Assembly (NCBI GenBank): GCA_037447605.1
Contig: CM074818.1
Location: 248,001-312,000 of the forward strand
From: Zygnema circumcarinatum SAG 698-1b
Lineage: Eukaryota; Plantae; Zygnematophyceae
Direction of reading: 5' to 3'
DNA: 64,000 bases
In this document: piece by piece, positions 1 through 13,000 of the stretch
Position numbering within the stretch: the first letter of the stretch is position 1
Layout of the letters: every line of letters begins with the position of its first letter
Made by a program: the position numbers and the translations under genes
The notes under the pieces: generated by a model
What the model saw: only the letters and a program-made list of their open reading frames with translations
Database searches by the model: none
What the model was told of the DNA's origin: nothing

Positions 1-1560
1 CCACCTAATATCTACGCCTAACCCACGGACCAGCCTCCCTTAGCAAAGAAGCCGCTGCAAATCCCCATGGTTAAGATGTCCAAGTTCACGATGCCGAGAT
101 TTATGGCGCTTTCAAATACGTACCATCACATCTTCATCCTTCACCCTTCTATAATGAAGATAATACAGCCTCCCTTTCATAAGCACCCTCAAATGCCGCT
201 TCCTTCGCCACCGGCAGGAGTAGCTACGCTAGCGCGACTTCCTTGAACGTGATCTCGTACCCCTCTTACACACCTCGCCAATGTATTACGAAGTTCTCGT
301 TTCAAATGGGTGTGGAGTACATCAATGCATACACAACGCCTCCCTCTCCTCTTCGTAGATGACGAGCCGCCCGGTGAATCATCTTGATCACTCCACCTTC
401 ATGATCAGCCACTCCTCCGTTGCCGAAAGTGAACAGATCGAGTCTTCCAACTGCGGTCCAACGTGGAGAACATCCGCTGTCGCCACACATGTGGAAGTAC
501 CGAAGTCGATTAACCAGGGCCGCTTAAGATCCTGAACCAGGATCTTCCCAACAAAGTCAGAACCTTCGGGCCTTTCAGCCCTCAACAGATTGGTCTCATT
601 CGACCCTCTCGTGATTCGGTGCTCTTTTGTGACCTCGCTTTTGCACTTGAAGCAGATCCTTGAAGCCTTTCTTCTCCTTTCTGCCGTAATGCCGCGCGCC
701 CTCCTCCCTCATCTTGGGGACTCTTTGTTCTGTAGCAACCGGCCGAGTAGTGGGCCAGCCTTGCCACACGTGTAGCACGCTCCCGCGGGGCGTTCACCTC
801 GGTCTGTCTTCAACGCGCCTCCTCTTCGGTCTTGACGCGAGTGCAGCGCCAGCACCTCTCCTCGTGTTCCCGTGTCTTGACGGTGTCCTCCTTGATCCTC
901 CGGCCACTTGCTCAAGGGTCATTTTCGAAAGTTCGCAGACAGCTTCCTAAGCTACGCGATCGCTACATCAAATCTAGAGGTCAACTCTAAGAATCCGCTG
1001 ATCTTATGGTCACTTCTTAACGGGCTTCGAGCTATGAACCTCTCCATCAAGGTATCAAACCTGACCATATATCTACTCAAGCCATCCTAAGTCATCTTCT
1101 ATCTTCCCAAGTCGCTGTAAAGACTCACTATCGTGACGTTAACCTTTACATCATACATCTCTTCTAAGCACCTCCACATAGCATGTGAGGTCTTGAGATC
1201 ATACAGCATGGACGAAGGACTTCCCCTCACACTCATGACGACCTCGCGGTGAGGAGCTTTGTTGCCTGGCACTCCATCTCGCAGCCACTTCGTTCGACTG
1301 CCGCCCGCCGTGGCTCTCCTAAAGACCGTGCCTTGATGGTGCCGCTGACGTACTCCTGCCCCTTGCCCACGAGCAGCGGGGAACCGTACCGCCATCTCCA
1401 CCCCCTTGTAGCCCCGGGACCGCCGCACGCGGAATGCCGAACTTCACGCGGGTCCTTCGCCGCCACCATCGCCTGATACCACTTGTTGGAGTCCGATCTG
1501 CTCGCCGCTTCCCGGCGCCACCTCGCTGTCGCCTCCATCGAACTCCGTTCCCACCGATGA
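1..1560 (-). mobile_element. Degenerate Ty1/copia LTR retrotransposon fragment (gag, zinc knuckle, protease; runs off the window start)
   Basis: Minus-strand frames give gag-like LKTSHAMWRCLEEMY, a CCHC-like knuckle ACYTCGKAG, and the copia protease motif WLIDFGTS(T/H)MCGD split by a frameshift near 490. Multiple stops and frameshifts. Confidence 0.8.
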
Positions 1561-2424
1561 AGACATTCCTACTCTCTCTCACTCTATCTCACTTCACTCA
1601 TAAAATTTCCATAACTCATGCACGAACGCAGAGACGAAAGCACGCTGAAATCACACACGAGAGAGTATAGAGAAAGCTCACTACTTCTAAAACCTTTTTT
1701 ATAATAAGAATGTCACCCACATGAAGTTTCTCCCTCTCTCACTAGCTACTTTACTACTACTCATGCATACGCGGTACCAAAGAACACGGTGCAGTACGTA
1801 TCAAGTCACTTGACTACAAGAGAGGTTCATCGTGGTTCTCCTTCATACAAAGCTAAACCCTATATACCGCCATGGCCGCAGTTACGGACATCTTCCTTGC
1901 TGACCGATGTCACGTCACGGCCGCCTCATGTTCAAGAGCCAGTACGCTGCTCAACATCCAAATTTTATGGGTTCTTCAGAACCTACGCCAAAGACACCTA
2001 GCCAGTCGTCCGCATACCGGGCCGCCTATCTGAACTTGTCGCCCGCTCGAAGCGCCAGAATCTCCGCCGCCGCCCGGTATTGCTCACGCCGGGCGCTGCG
2101 ATGTTCGCTTCAAGGCCAAGACCGCACATTTGCGCCGCCCGCCGCATTTAAATCTCCGGTTGCCGCATTTCCGCTGCCACACTTTGTCCGGGCTGGGGTC
2201 ACGACTCGTCTCCTCCGTGAAGCTGACTCGCCACAGCCCGCCGACCGCACTAAGGGTTCGATCGCCAAGTTCCGCCGTATCACCGCATTGAGTCCCCGCG
2301 TCCGGCAAGCGTAATGGGCTACCGACATTTGGGTCTCGACCGTGATTTCCTAGGAACACTACTAGCAGATCTCATGTTTCCCAACTGAGGACCACAACAA
2401 TGTTAGTGTGAACCCGTACAATGT

Positions 2425-5400
2425 CTAACTATAGCACACTAACACTAACAGGATGGGTTCAGGAACGGCCGGATCGTGACAGAGGAGGGGAGCCGAGGGA
2501 TTGCGACTGAGGCCGTCAGCATTGCCGTGACTACGGCCGGGACGGTGAGTGACCTTAAGTACATTATACTCCTCCAACTTCATCACCCATCGTGCAAACT
2601 TAGGGCGTAGGGTAGCCATGATGTGCAGCCAGGTGAGGGGCATGTGGTCAGTCCGGATGATAACGGGCTGGTAGGCCGTGAAGAGCTTGAACTTTCGAGT
2701 ACCCGTGAGGATAGCCAGCGCCTCACCCCTCAAAGAGGTCAGAGATTGGTCTCGCTTCGAACAAACTCCCTAGCATAACCGATCGGGTGTTCCCATCCGA
2801 GAATGCTTGATCACACGCCTGCTCACCACTCCAAATAAAATTGCCAATAATGGTAAGGTGGGGTCAAAATTGATGCGCATAAGGAGCTCCCAAGGGAGGG
2901 CACTCTTGAAAGGCCCGAAGCCGTGACCTCAAGCGCTTCTGCCCCATTTGTAGTGGACTCGCTTCCAAGGCATGGGACGCTACGGAGCAAGGGTATAGCC
3001 CTCTTAATGAACCAAGGCGATAAGGAGGTGAGTCCCAAGAAAGACTTGAGCTGAGTGAGATTCTGTGGAATGGGCATAAGGTCAATTGCTTCAATTTTGT
3101 CGAGTGATGGTTTCAGGCCATTGATGCCGAGGCGGTGCCCGAGATGAGTGATCTCCTGGTGGCCCCATTTGCACTTCTTGGGTGCAATCTTCAGACGCGC
3201 ACTGATGAGCTGTTGAAGGACTTGGTCAATGTGTTGCAGGTGGGAGGACCAGTCCTTGCTGTGGAGGGAAGCATCATCCACGTAAGGTTCGCAGAAGGCA
3301 CGACAGGGGCCGAACACCTGGTTGGCCAGGCGCTGGTGAGTCTGGCTGGAATTCTTGAGCCCAAAGGGAAGCACCGTCCACTGCACGAAGCGCGTGGCTG
3401 TGCGAAGCCCTGTCTTGCAGCGATCGGCCTGTCGCAGGGGGATCTGCCAGAAGGACTTCTGCATGTCCAGGGCCGAGAACCATCGGTCCTCAGGGGAGAC
3501 GCCGTGGAGAATCAGTCTTTCACATCCTAACGATAAGGATCCCACTTCGCTATGGCATTCACTTCCTATAGTCACCACGTAAGCGAGTGTGCTATCCGCT
3601 TTTGGGGCGAACGCCGGAGTTGGGCCTGCTGCCCTTCTCCGGTTCCATCAAGCCGGCCGCCACGCTTCATCGATCCGTTGCTCGACATCGCCCGCCGAGC
3701 GGCGGAAAGCCGGTAGGAAGTCAGTGGTCATCACGGAGAGGTGCATCCTCTCGCATTTATATGGTGCTCAATCGTGGGCTCCTGCCATGTCGCAGGAATG
3801 TCAGGCGTAAAACTAGGTGATTTCGCCAGCATTTGGCGAAGTTGAGATGCTGACGCACCGAGTACCGCTGGCTCCACCGTATTCCCTCGACTTCTATCTC
3901 CCCAGCTATCACCGGCGGTCTTCGTGGGCTGGGAAGTTGGAAAATAGCAATCGCAAGGGTAAAAGTTCTCCGCCGGGCTATCGCAGGGCTGGATTTGGGG
4001 AGCAGAGGGGAAGTTCGCCATCGGTAATGTAATTGGCCGTATCCATGAAGAATGGGGCCGCCACGTACGGTACATGGTATCTCTTCGGTAAGAGACCGCG
4101 CCGGCGCGGGCGCTTGGGCGGAGGTGGCAAGGGACTCGAGGATGATGGGGAAGGAGCAGTCTGTCCCGCCAGCAGATAAGTGCAGCTGACACGTAGCAAA
4201 GTCGATTCGTGCTCCCATCGCAATGAGCCAATCTGAGCCCAGCAGGATAGAATAGTGCTCAGCGGCCGTGATGACCGCATTCACCGTGGCTCCCATCTCG
4301 CCAAGGCTGATGATCACTTGGGCACTGCCCAATCCTTCATGTAGGCTCCCCTCAACCCCCACATATCGGGGGATGGGCTCAAGCGTCTTGTCCAACTTAA
4401 CCCCTGCAGCCTTCATCACCGCTTGGACAGAACTGTGCGCATAGCTCCTGTGTCGATCATGGCCTTGCTGGGATGACCGTTTAGCCATACATTGACAATG
4501 ATTTGCACGCTAAGTGTTGGGATCGCAGGGAAGAACGAATCAAGTAGGAGGATGCATGGGAGAGCTTTTAATCGGGTCTCGAGGAGGCGCCAGCGCCGGC
4601 GTGGTGGATATCCGCTAGCGGGAATGTCCGAGGAGTGCCATGGGAACCGCGGGTAGCCGCAGGTGGCCTCTCGCGATCACCGCCAGCTTAATAACTACGC
4701 TGCAAAGACTCCGTACCGTACCGTGATCAATCGTGACAAGGTACGCCGCATCTTAGCCTTTGTCTCTATGAGCCGATGAACCATGCTCAATCAGTGATAG
4801 CCGCTCGTCGGGGTGGTCAATTTCCATCGCTGCTTGGGGGTGAAACGGCCGCCCGGTATGGCGGGGGCGGGTTGACATGCATTTCCTCACGCCGGGTGCC
4901 GCCGGCTCTGGCTCGCCGCTCCTCCTCATCGGACTGCCGCTTCTCCTCGTGCATGGATCCCAAGGCGACATGTGGGAAGGGAGGGAGGATCAGTTCTCCT
5001 ATATGGGTGGCGCACGGGAGCGTGCTGCAGGAGCTGGCGCTGCTGGATATTGGCAGGAGGAAGGGCAGGGGATGAGCATGAGGATCGCTTTGGTTGACAG
5101 GGAGCCTGCGCAAGGCAGTTGCAATCTCGGCGATCCTGGCTTGAGCACCCTCTTCAGAATTGATGGGTGATTCAGACCAAGCCGGCTGTAATGCCGCGGC
5201 AATCTGTGCAGTGCGGGCGCGGGCAGCCAGATCGGGCTCGGCCCCTAATGCGTTTGTCAAGGAAGGGGACTCCATGGGGTGCAGATGTATCGGCGGACGC
5301 TGCAGGATGGTATAAGCGGGTGAAGGAGGTGGAGGCAAGCGAAAGGGAGCCGGAGTTCTCGGTGGTGTGTGAATAGCCGGGAGCATGTCCATGAAGGTGA

Positions 5401-5568
5401 TCTCTGCAGGTGAGGTCCCTGCAGCTGCCTCTTTCCCCTTTCGGGCCTTCTCACTTGAAAGTCTCCGCATGCACACACGGGCNNNNNNNNNNCTCGGCGG
5501 TAGAGTACATGGCCATCTGGGTTAGAGCGGTGGTGTTGGTACGTTGCCAGGCTGGGTGTACTATGCAT
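2425..5568 (-). mobile_element. Degenerate Ty3/gypsy retrotransposon: gag, aspartic protease, RT, RNase H; no integrase seen
   Basis: Protease IDTGA (~4450) and ILLGSDWL (ORF 3757-4488); RT LDMQKSFWQIP, LPFGLKNS, YVDD, LKSFLGL (2823-3578); RNase H RTDHMPLTWL...RW...HRPGRSHGNADGLSR (2425-2733). Frameshifted. Confidence 0.9.
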
Positions 5569-5836
5569 AGCAAGACACGAAGTAGTTTATTTAGGTTGTT
5601 TGAATAAGGTTGTTGCATGCATGGTCCCGGCGCGTGTGACGTGACATGGTCACGTCACAGCCTCATACTATATATTGAGGAGTAGGTGTGTAAGATACTA
5701 ACCTTCTTGATGAGCATTGCAAAGCTATGGTAGTTTCTACAGCAGTTAGAGGCAAGGCTTTGGCAACAGGAGGTGGACCTTTGTGAGGAGTCTCCGTGTG
5801 TGGAGAGCTGTCTCACGTTAAGGTGGAGTTATCATG

Positions 5837-6075
5837 TGTTGAAAGCTGGGCTAGGCTTATGGGGGCTTGAGGTGGAAAGCTTGTCATGATAAAGGAGTTT
5901 TAGGCTGGGAGCTTTCTCCTTCGTTTTTCTATTCCGCCTCTTGTGTGTTGAGTATGCACTTGAGTGAAAAATGAATGAGAGTGCTGTGGGCACAGGGAGA
6001 GAAGCTTCCATGGATAGTGAAGTGGGGGAAAGGGTTGGAGATGAATTTGCTTCTCATCCCTCTGCCCCACTCACA
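5837..6075. mobile_element. Possible LTR remnant (TGTTG...CA)
   Basis: Starts tgttgaaag, ends ctcaca, and is preceded by purine-rich aaggtggag. No target-site duplication (TSD) and no partner LTR found. Confidence 0.25.
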
Positions 6076-6234
6076 TGGATGGTGTGATGTTCCGTGGGCC
6101 GCCAACACCTGGCGCCGCCTTCTCGCATTTTCCGTCGGCAACTCCTGGATTATGCCGGTCCGTGACACTGAATACGAATATGTCAAGTACAACTGAACGG
6201 ACGCGGATCCGTCGAGTGCAGCTCCGTTACGCTA

Positions 6235-6826
6235 CAGGGTCCTCATATTTTCCACCCTGGTTCCGGCCAATATGAGGCGAAAATATTAATTTTGCATATG
6301 TAAGGTTCGTGTTACGAATAGACGGGCGGTATTATGTTAGAGTTCATGTTGGACCGTACCTATCGTACCGTATGATATCGTACCGTATCGTACTGTCTCG
6401 TTTAGTATCGTATCGTATCGTCCCATATCGTGACGCATAGACGATAATTAATTTTCCGCTCTGTTGTTCGTCTCAGCTCGTACGGCTCGTACGGACAATA
6501 CCCTATCAGGGCGTTTCGTATCGTATCGCCTTGTATCGTATAGTATCGTACCGATCGTTTCGTATCGTATCGTATCGAAGCCAGGAAGAAGGGAAGAAGA
6601 GCGAGCGCCTCTTACGGCGGCACGAGCGGGGAGATTAGGTGAGTTTTGCGTAAGCCCGTAACGGCTAGTACAGATAGTACGAACAGTACGGAAAGTATGG
6701 AAAGTACGGAAAGTACGAATGGTACGGCTAACACAAGGTACCGTACAAAAAGGTGGTTCCGGCAAAATCGGGGCGAAAATATCGAGGACGCACTCCTTAG
6801 GGTGGTAAATACTAGGCCCCCCACTG
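6235..6826. mobile_element. Tc1/mariner-type MITE, copy A (diverged TIRs)
   Basis: TA flanks, imperfect CAG...CTG termini, internal gtatc/gtacg microrepeats. Alignable along its length with 62837-63423. Confidence 0.7.
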
Positions 6827-7460
6827 TATAAATACCGTACAGTAGTACTATTTGTGCAAGGACCTACGGTAATTACCAAAGGTCAAATCAAAGGACGAGC
6901 AGCAAGCAGGGTAGGGAACTCAACGGCAATAACTTCCTCCGACAATGTGAGTTGAACACATGAAATGGACTCTATTACCACAAGGGAAACGAAAGGCTGA
7001 ACATGAACATTAGCACTAGAGAGAAGCAAATAAATCATGAACATGAACATGAACATGAACATCATGCAAAGCAACTTGGATCAACAACGTGGGCAACAAC
7101 AGACTGGAACATAGAACGGTCATCCACAAGAAAACGCGAAGCCAACAAGAGGAGCCTCAACAGCCCAAGAACATGTTGGTCCATGTACATTTGATGGCAT
7201 CGTCATCGTGAGGTCAATGCCACATCCTTCGCCCAAGCCCTCATACCCTCCATCCATCCTTCCATCTATGTGTACTATATATCCAATATTGTCCAATGGG
7301 AAATTGCCACGTAGACAATTTCGCACACGTGGCAGATCGCCATTTGTCAACCATGACGCTGCCCTACATTACGGAGGGCCCTGAAGGAGGCGCTGTGGAA
7401 GAGAGAGAGAGGGCAAGGTGGGCTTCCAGCGAGAGGGCAAGGAGGGCTTCGAGCGGAGCC

Positions 7461-10057
7461 ATGGCGGCCTCCCCTCCGCAGGAGGAGCCGCTGGTCATCG
7501 CCTACTACGTGACCGGCCATGGCCTCGGCCATGCGACACGTGTTGCTGAAGTGATACGCCATCTTCTCCTGCGCGGCCACACTGTCCACGTGGCGACGGC
7601 CGCCCCGGCCTTCGTGTTCTGGGAGGAGGCAGAGGCCGCGGAGCAGCGCGGAAGGCTGCACGTCCGGGCGGCGGTGCTGGACTGCGGAGCTGTACAGGCG
7701 GATGCCCTCACCGTGGACCGCCGCGCCACGCTCCAGCGCTACTGCGAGACGGCCGGTGCGTTGTTAGGGTTATCTCTCGCCCTCGCCCCCTCCAATTCTC
7801 CCGCAGTGACAGGAGACAGCTCTCAATTTGCTGTGCTGACGTGGCTATGACTGCGGGTAAGGGTGTTGGAGGCAGTGGCGCCGCGGGAGGCTCTCCTTGA
7901 AACGGAAGCCACTTGGATCCGTTCCATTTCCGCCAATCTTGTCGTTTCAGATATAGTTCCCATTGCCTGCGCTGCTGCTACCAAGGTGCTTTTTTCTCTT
8001 CACAATGTTTTAAGGAAGGAGAGGATGTTGCCGAGCTTCTGAGCCCCAACCCAGTACTTTCTTTAACCCTCACGATAATCTCAACTTTTAATCATTTGCA
8101 TCCTTGAAAATACGCAATAATCTCCTTCTCCCCCCCAAACACTCTTTCATCTTTCTAAACCAACGCGTTCTCAAGCCAACCAAGATTTCACATTCTATTC
8201 TCTTGCGTGGTGTGTTAGGCAGCGATTCCATCAATCTGTGTGAGCAACTTCAGTTGGGATTTCATATATTCCGAATATGTTCATGAAGCCGGGCACCAAT
8301 TTGCCAACATTGTATTTCAAATTGCTGAAGATTATGCGCAGTCTCTCGCAATCATTAGATTGCCTGGCTTTTGTCCTATGCCGGCATTCAGGGATGTCAT
8401 TGACGTCCCCCTTGTTGTCCGACCCCTACGACGAACACGAGAAGAGGTGCCCTCCTCCCTCCTCTCCTAACTTTACTCTCCTTCCGGTACCCTCTTGAGG
8501 CATTACCCCCTCCCTCTCCTCTTTTCCACACTCTTTCCTCGCCCCCCTTCCCCCCTCCTCTGCAGCCCCAAGCACCTCGTTTCATTTTCTTCATATCTCT
8601 CCTCTCACTCCCTCCCCCCATCCTCTTCCGCTCCTCTTCCTCCTCCTCCGCTCTCCTCTCCTCACCCTTCATTCTCCCTCCTTCCCCCGTATGTTGACAA
8701 CCTCAATCAGGATTTGGATAAAGCAAAGTAAGTTTTAAAAATCGACTGTTTGGAAGGCACCACTTTTTGACACACGTGAGCTGACTGCAGGTGAGAGCAG
8801 AGCTTGGAATTGGATCGGGAACTCGACTTTTGCTATTTAATTTTGGAGGTCAGCATGCGGACTGGTCTTTGAAATCCGTTTTTTTGCCCCCTGGATGGAA
8901 GTGTGTGGTTTGCACAACTCGGGCCGTTGGAACTTTGCCTCCCAACTTTCTGCTTCCGAAGAGGTAACTTCAACAAGATGCAGTAACTCCGTAAAGTGAA
9001 GTTTGAAACCGTTAAAGGTGTGATTTTTTTTACAATCTCTTTGGGAAACTCTTGAATACTCCAACTCCTACCTTTCTCATGCCTTCAAATCTGAAAAAAG
9101 ACGATCTGGACCTTCAATAGGTTGTCCAATTCTTCATTTGTTTTTTGTACAAATATTAATATAGTTCCATATTGTTCTTGCCTGTTTAACCTTCGTACGA
9201 AAGTAAATGTTTTTTGCTCTTTTGGTGTTTTGTGAATTTCCCCAGAGAAGTATATACTCCAGATCTTATAGCTGCATGCGATGCAATGCTTGGAAAAATT
9301 GGTTATGGAACAGTTAGCGAAGCTTTAGCTTATCGGATTCCATTCATATTTGTCCGCCGAGATTTTTTTAACGAGGAGCCATTTCTCCGTAAGATGCTCG
9401 AGTTTTACCGAAGCGGAGTCGAAATGAATAGGAGAGATTTTTTGAGTGGGAGGTGGACTCCATATCTCGATCGAGCGTTGGTAATCCGCCCGTGTTACAA
9501 AGGACCGTTGGATGGAGGCCGGGCAGTGGCAAAACTTTTGGAGGAGGCCGCCCGCGGGCAGCTGAAAATTTCACAGAGCTCAAAATTTGGTGTTGGCCGG
9601 CTTCGTGACGCTATTGTTTTTGGATATCACATGCAACGGTCCCCAGGGAGAACTGATATTGATGTTCCAGATTGGTATACAACAGAGCAATTCTCAGAAG
9701 AAATTTCAACTTCAGTTGCAGCTTCAGTTCAGGTCAGTAGCGTAGAGACGTCGTTTTGTACAGGTTTCAATGCACTTTCATAATACTTTACGATACTTTA
9801 CTTTACTTTACTTTACTTTTCTTTTTTTTTTTCCATTTTTTTTCCTGTAATTGTTCACATTTGTCTATCTGTCCATACACGTGCAGGAGTCTTCTTCAAA
9901 GGAACTTAGCCTCGCAGAAGAAGTTTCGAAGGACTGGGAAATTCTTCATGGAGACTTTCGGAACCTTCCGGACACTATCGAGTTTTTGGTGACTTTGGCT
10001 CGCCTAGACATTGATGGTGACATCAATGCTAGCGATAATGCAGCAAAGCCCCAGGTC

Positions 10058-10098
<41 letters not shown>

Positions 10099-13000
10099 CC
10101 CTCTCCCTCTCTCTCTCTCTTTCCCTTTTCCTTCTCTGGCTTGTTTTCTCATAGCAATGTCAACCTCATCTCATCTTGGCTCAGCTTCTTTCATTGTTAG
10201 GTTAGTGTTTCGCTTGACTGAATTTTCATATTCTGCTTATTTCTGGAGCTAAACTTTCCAATATGTTGACCTTTTAGAGTGTTTCCTTTGGTTTTTTGCA
10301 GATTCGCGAGAGATTAGCTGCATGTGGACTCTTTAATCCGAAGAGGGAAATTTTTGTGGCGAGAGCACCCGGGCGGCTGGATGTGATGGGAGGCATTGCG
10401 GACTACTCCGGTAGCCTCGTACTGCAGGTGAATCAGTCGACCTCCCTCTCCCCCCCTCTCTCTCTCTCTCCTCCCCCCCTCGGCTCCCTTCTCTTTCTTC
10501 TCTCCCTGAGCCCTTCCGCCCTCCCCCCCTCTCTCTCACCCTCCGTCCCTCTCGTCCTCCGCTCTCTCTTCATTCCCTCCCTCTACCTTCGCCTTCGTCC
10601 CTCTCTCCCCATTCCCTCCCTCCACTCTCCTCCTTTCTAAACTGTTCCAAGACGGCTACTAAAAAACCACGAAATGTCTAAAAACTTGTAAAATAGGGTG
10701 CATGTGGGACTTAAAATGGGACAGATGCCAATCAGAGAAGCCTGCCACGTGGCAGTTCAGAAGGTCCCCGTAGAAGAGCAAAAGCTATGGAAACATTCAC
10801 AAGCTCGGCAATCACAAAAAGCGAAAAGCGAAAGTAATAATGGGTCATCTAAAGAAGCAGCTCTTCGGATAGTCTCGTTTGGGTCTGAAAACAGCAACCG
10901 GTCTCCCACTTTTGATATGGACCTTTCGGACTTTCTGGATGAACATAGAAAGCCCATTTCATATGAAGCTGCGAGAAGTTATTTCAGTCAAGATCCGTCT
11001 CAAAACTGGGCCGCATATATTGCTGGAACTTTGCTCGTTCTTATGAGAGAAAAAGGGTCGACATTTGAAGATGGGATAAGTGTTTTAGTTTCTTCCGCTG
11101 TTCCTGAAGGGAAAGGAGTTTCTTCGTCTGCAGCCGTTGAAGTTGGGACTATGGCAGCCATTGCAGCCACTCACAATATCGAATTAAATCCTCGAGAACT
11201 CGCAATATTATGTCAAAAGGTAAAGTAAAGCCCATTTGTACCCTTTTCCACAATGTTCCAAAGCATTTGAAAACCTTGCACGCTCGAATGAGTCAGAAAA
11301 ACAGTTCTTTTTTTAGGGTTCTTCTTTGGGTTCTTTAGGGCTTGTAGGGTTTCCTTTTAGGCGGTTTCTTTATGTTCCTTTAGGGCTGATTGCGAATAAA
11401 GAATGAATGGGGCTCGGCAGGTCGAAAATTTTGTCGTGGGTGCTCCATGCGGGGTAATGGACCAAATGGCCTCAGCCTGCGGGCAGGAGCGAAAACTTTT
11501 GGCTATGGTCTGCCAGCCGGCCGAAGTGAAGGGCCATGTAAACATTCCTCCCAATATCTCATTTTGGGGTCTGGATTCCGGAATTCGCCATAGTGTGGGG
11601 GGGGCTGACTACGGCTCTGTCAGAGCTGCAGCCTTTATGGGTCGCCGCATGATTCAGGTCCTTCCCTCCCTCCCTCCCTCCCTCCCTCCTCCCTCCCTCC
11701 CTCCCTCCCTCCTCCCACTCCTCCCTCCCTCCCTCCTCCCTCCCTCCCTCCCTCCCTCCCTCCCTCCCTCCCTCCCTCCCTCCCTCCCTCCCTCCCTCCC
11801 TCCCTCCCTCCCTCCCTCCCTCCCTCCCTCCCTCCCTCCCTCCCTCCCTCCTCCCTCCCTCCCTCCTCCTCCCTCCCTCCCTCCCTCCCTCCTCCCTCCC
11901 TCCCTCCTCCCTCCCTCCCTCCTCCCTCCCTCCCTCCCTCCCTCCCTCCCTCCCTCCCTCCCTCCCTCCCTCCTCCCTCCCTCCCTCCCTCCTCCCTCCT
12001 CCCTCCCTCCCTCCCTCCCCTCCCTTCCTCCCTCCCTCCCTCCCTCCCTCCCTCCCTCCCTCCTCCCTCCCTCCCTCCCTCCCTCCCTCCCTCCTTCCTC
12101 CCTCCCTCCCTCCCTCCCTCCTCCCTCCCTCCCTCCTCCCACTCCCTCCCTCCCTCCCTCCCTCCCTCCCTCCCTCCCTCCCTCTCTCTCTGTTGCCTTT
12201 TTTTCTCCCTTTGCCTCATACTGTTGGTCTCCCTATTGTAACTAACTGCCCATCCTTCATCCCGTCCCTCACAATTTCCTCTCCTTCTCTCCCTCGCTCT
12301 CCCCTCTTCCCTGCCCTCCATCCGTCCCTCTTCACTTTCCCTATCCGTCCCACACTCCCTCTCCCCCCACTATCCTTCTCCCTTGCACGCTTCCCATACT
12401 GCCCCCTCCCATTTCTTTCCCCCCTCTTCTGCATTTTTAACACTCATGTAAACAAAAAGTGGGGGGGGGTTGAGTTGTGCATCTCCAGAATGCAGGCGAG
12501 ATAGAACTGAGGAAGGTATTTCCATGCTCCGGAATCACGGAAGAAAAATACGCAGAAGAAATTGATGAAAGTTTTCGAGAAGAGGCTGCCGAGGGTGCGC
12601 AGTTGGAATATCTGTGCAAGCTTTCGCCTTACCAGTGAGTTGCATCTGAATCCTTTTATGGGCCAAAGGAACAAGAAACTAAATTCGAAGTTCTACTACA
12701 AGCGGTAACTTGAATATTCGCTTTAAGGCTGCTCTTTATGGGGTTCGACTGTACAGTAACAATGGATCGCTATTTTTCAAGGGGTCTTTCTGGCGTTTAT
12801 TATACAGTGAGACAGAGAGAGTGAGAGAGAGAGAGGGGGGGAGAGTGAAGAGAGAGAGAGAGAGAAAAAGTGAGAGATTGAGAGAGGGGGTGGGGGAGGG
12901 GGGAAACTTGGCTGTACAGTAAAGGTGACACACGCAGATAGAGAAGAGATATTTTGGAGCCTAAGATTTCTTTCCGCTGTACGCATTTTTTATTGCCCAG

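Noticed and set aside
11403-12321. Long PPSL/EGGR ORFs (also at 13.4-14.1, 24.3-25.9, 29.2-29.9, 36.1-36.8, 43.2-44.2 and 46.2-46.7 kb)
   Set aside because: Translations of stop-free CT/GA microsatellites inside introns or UTRs.
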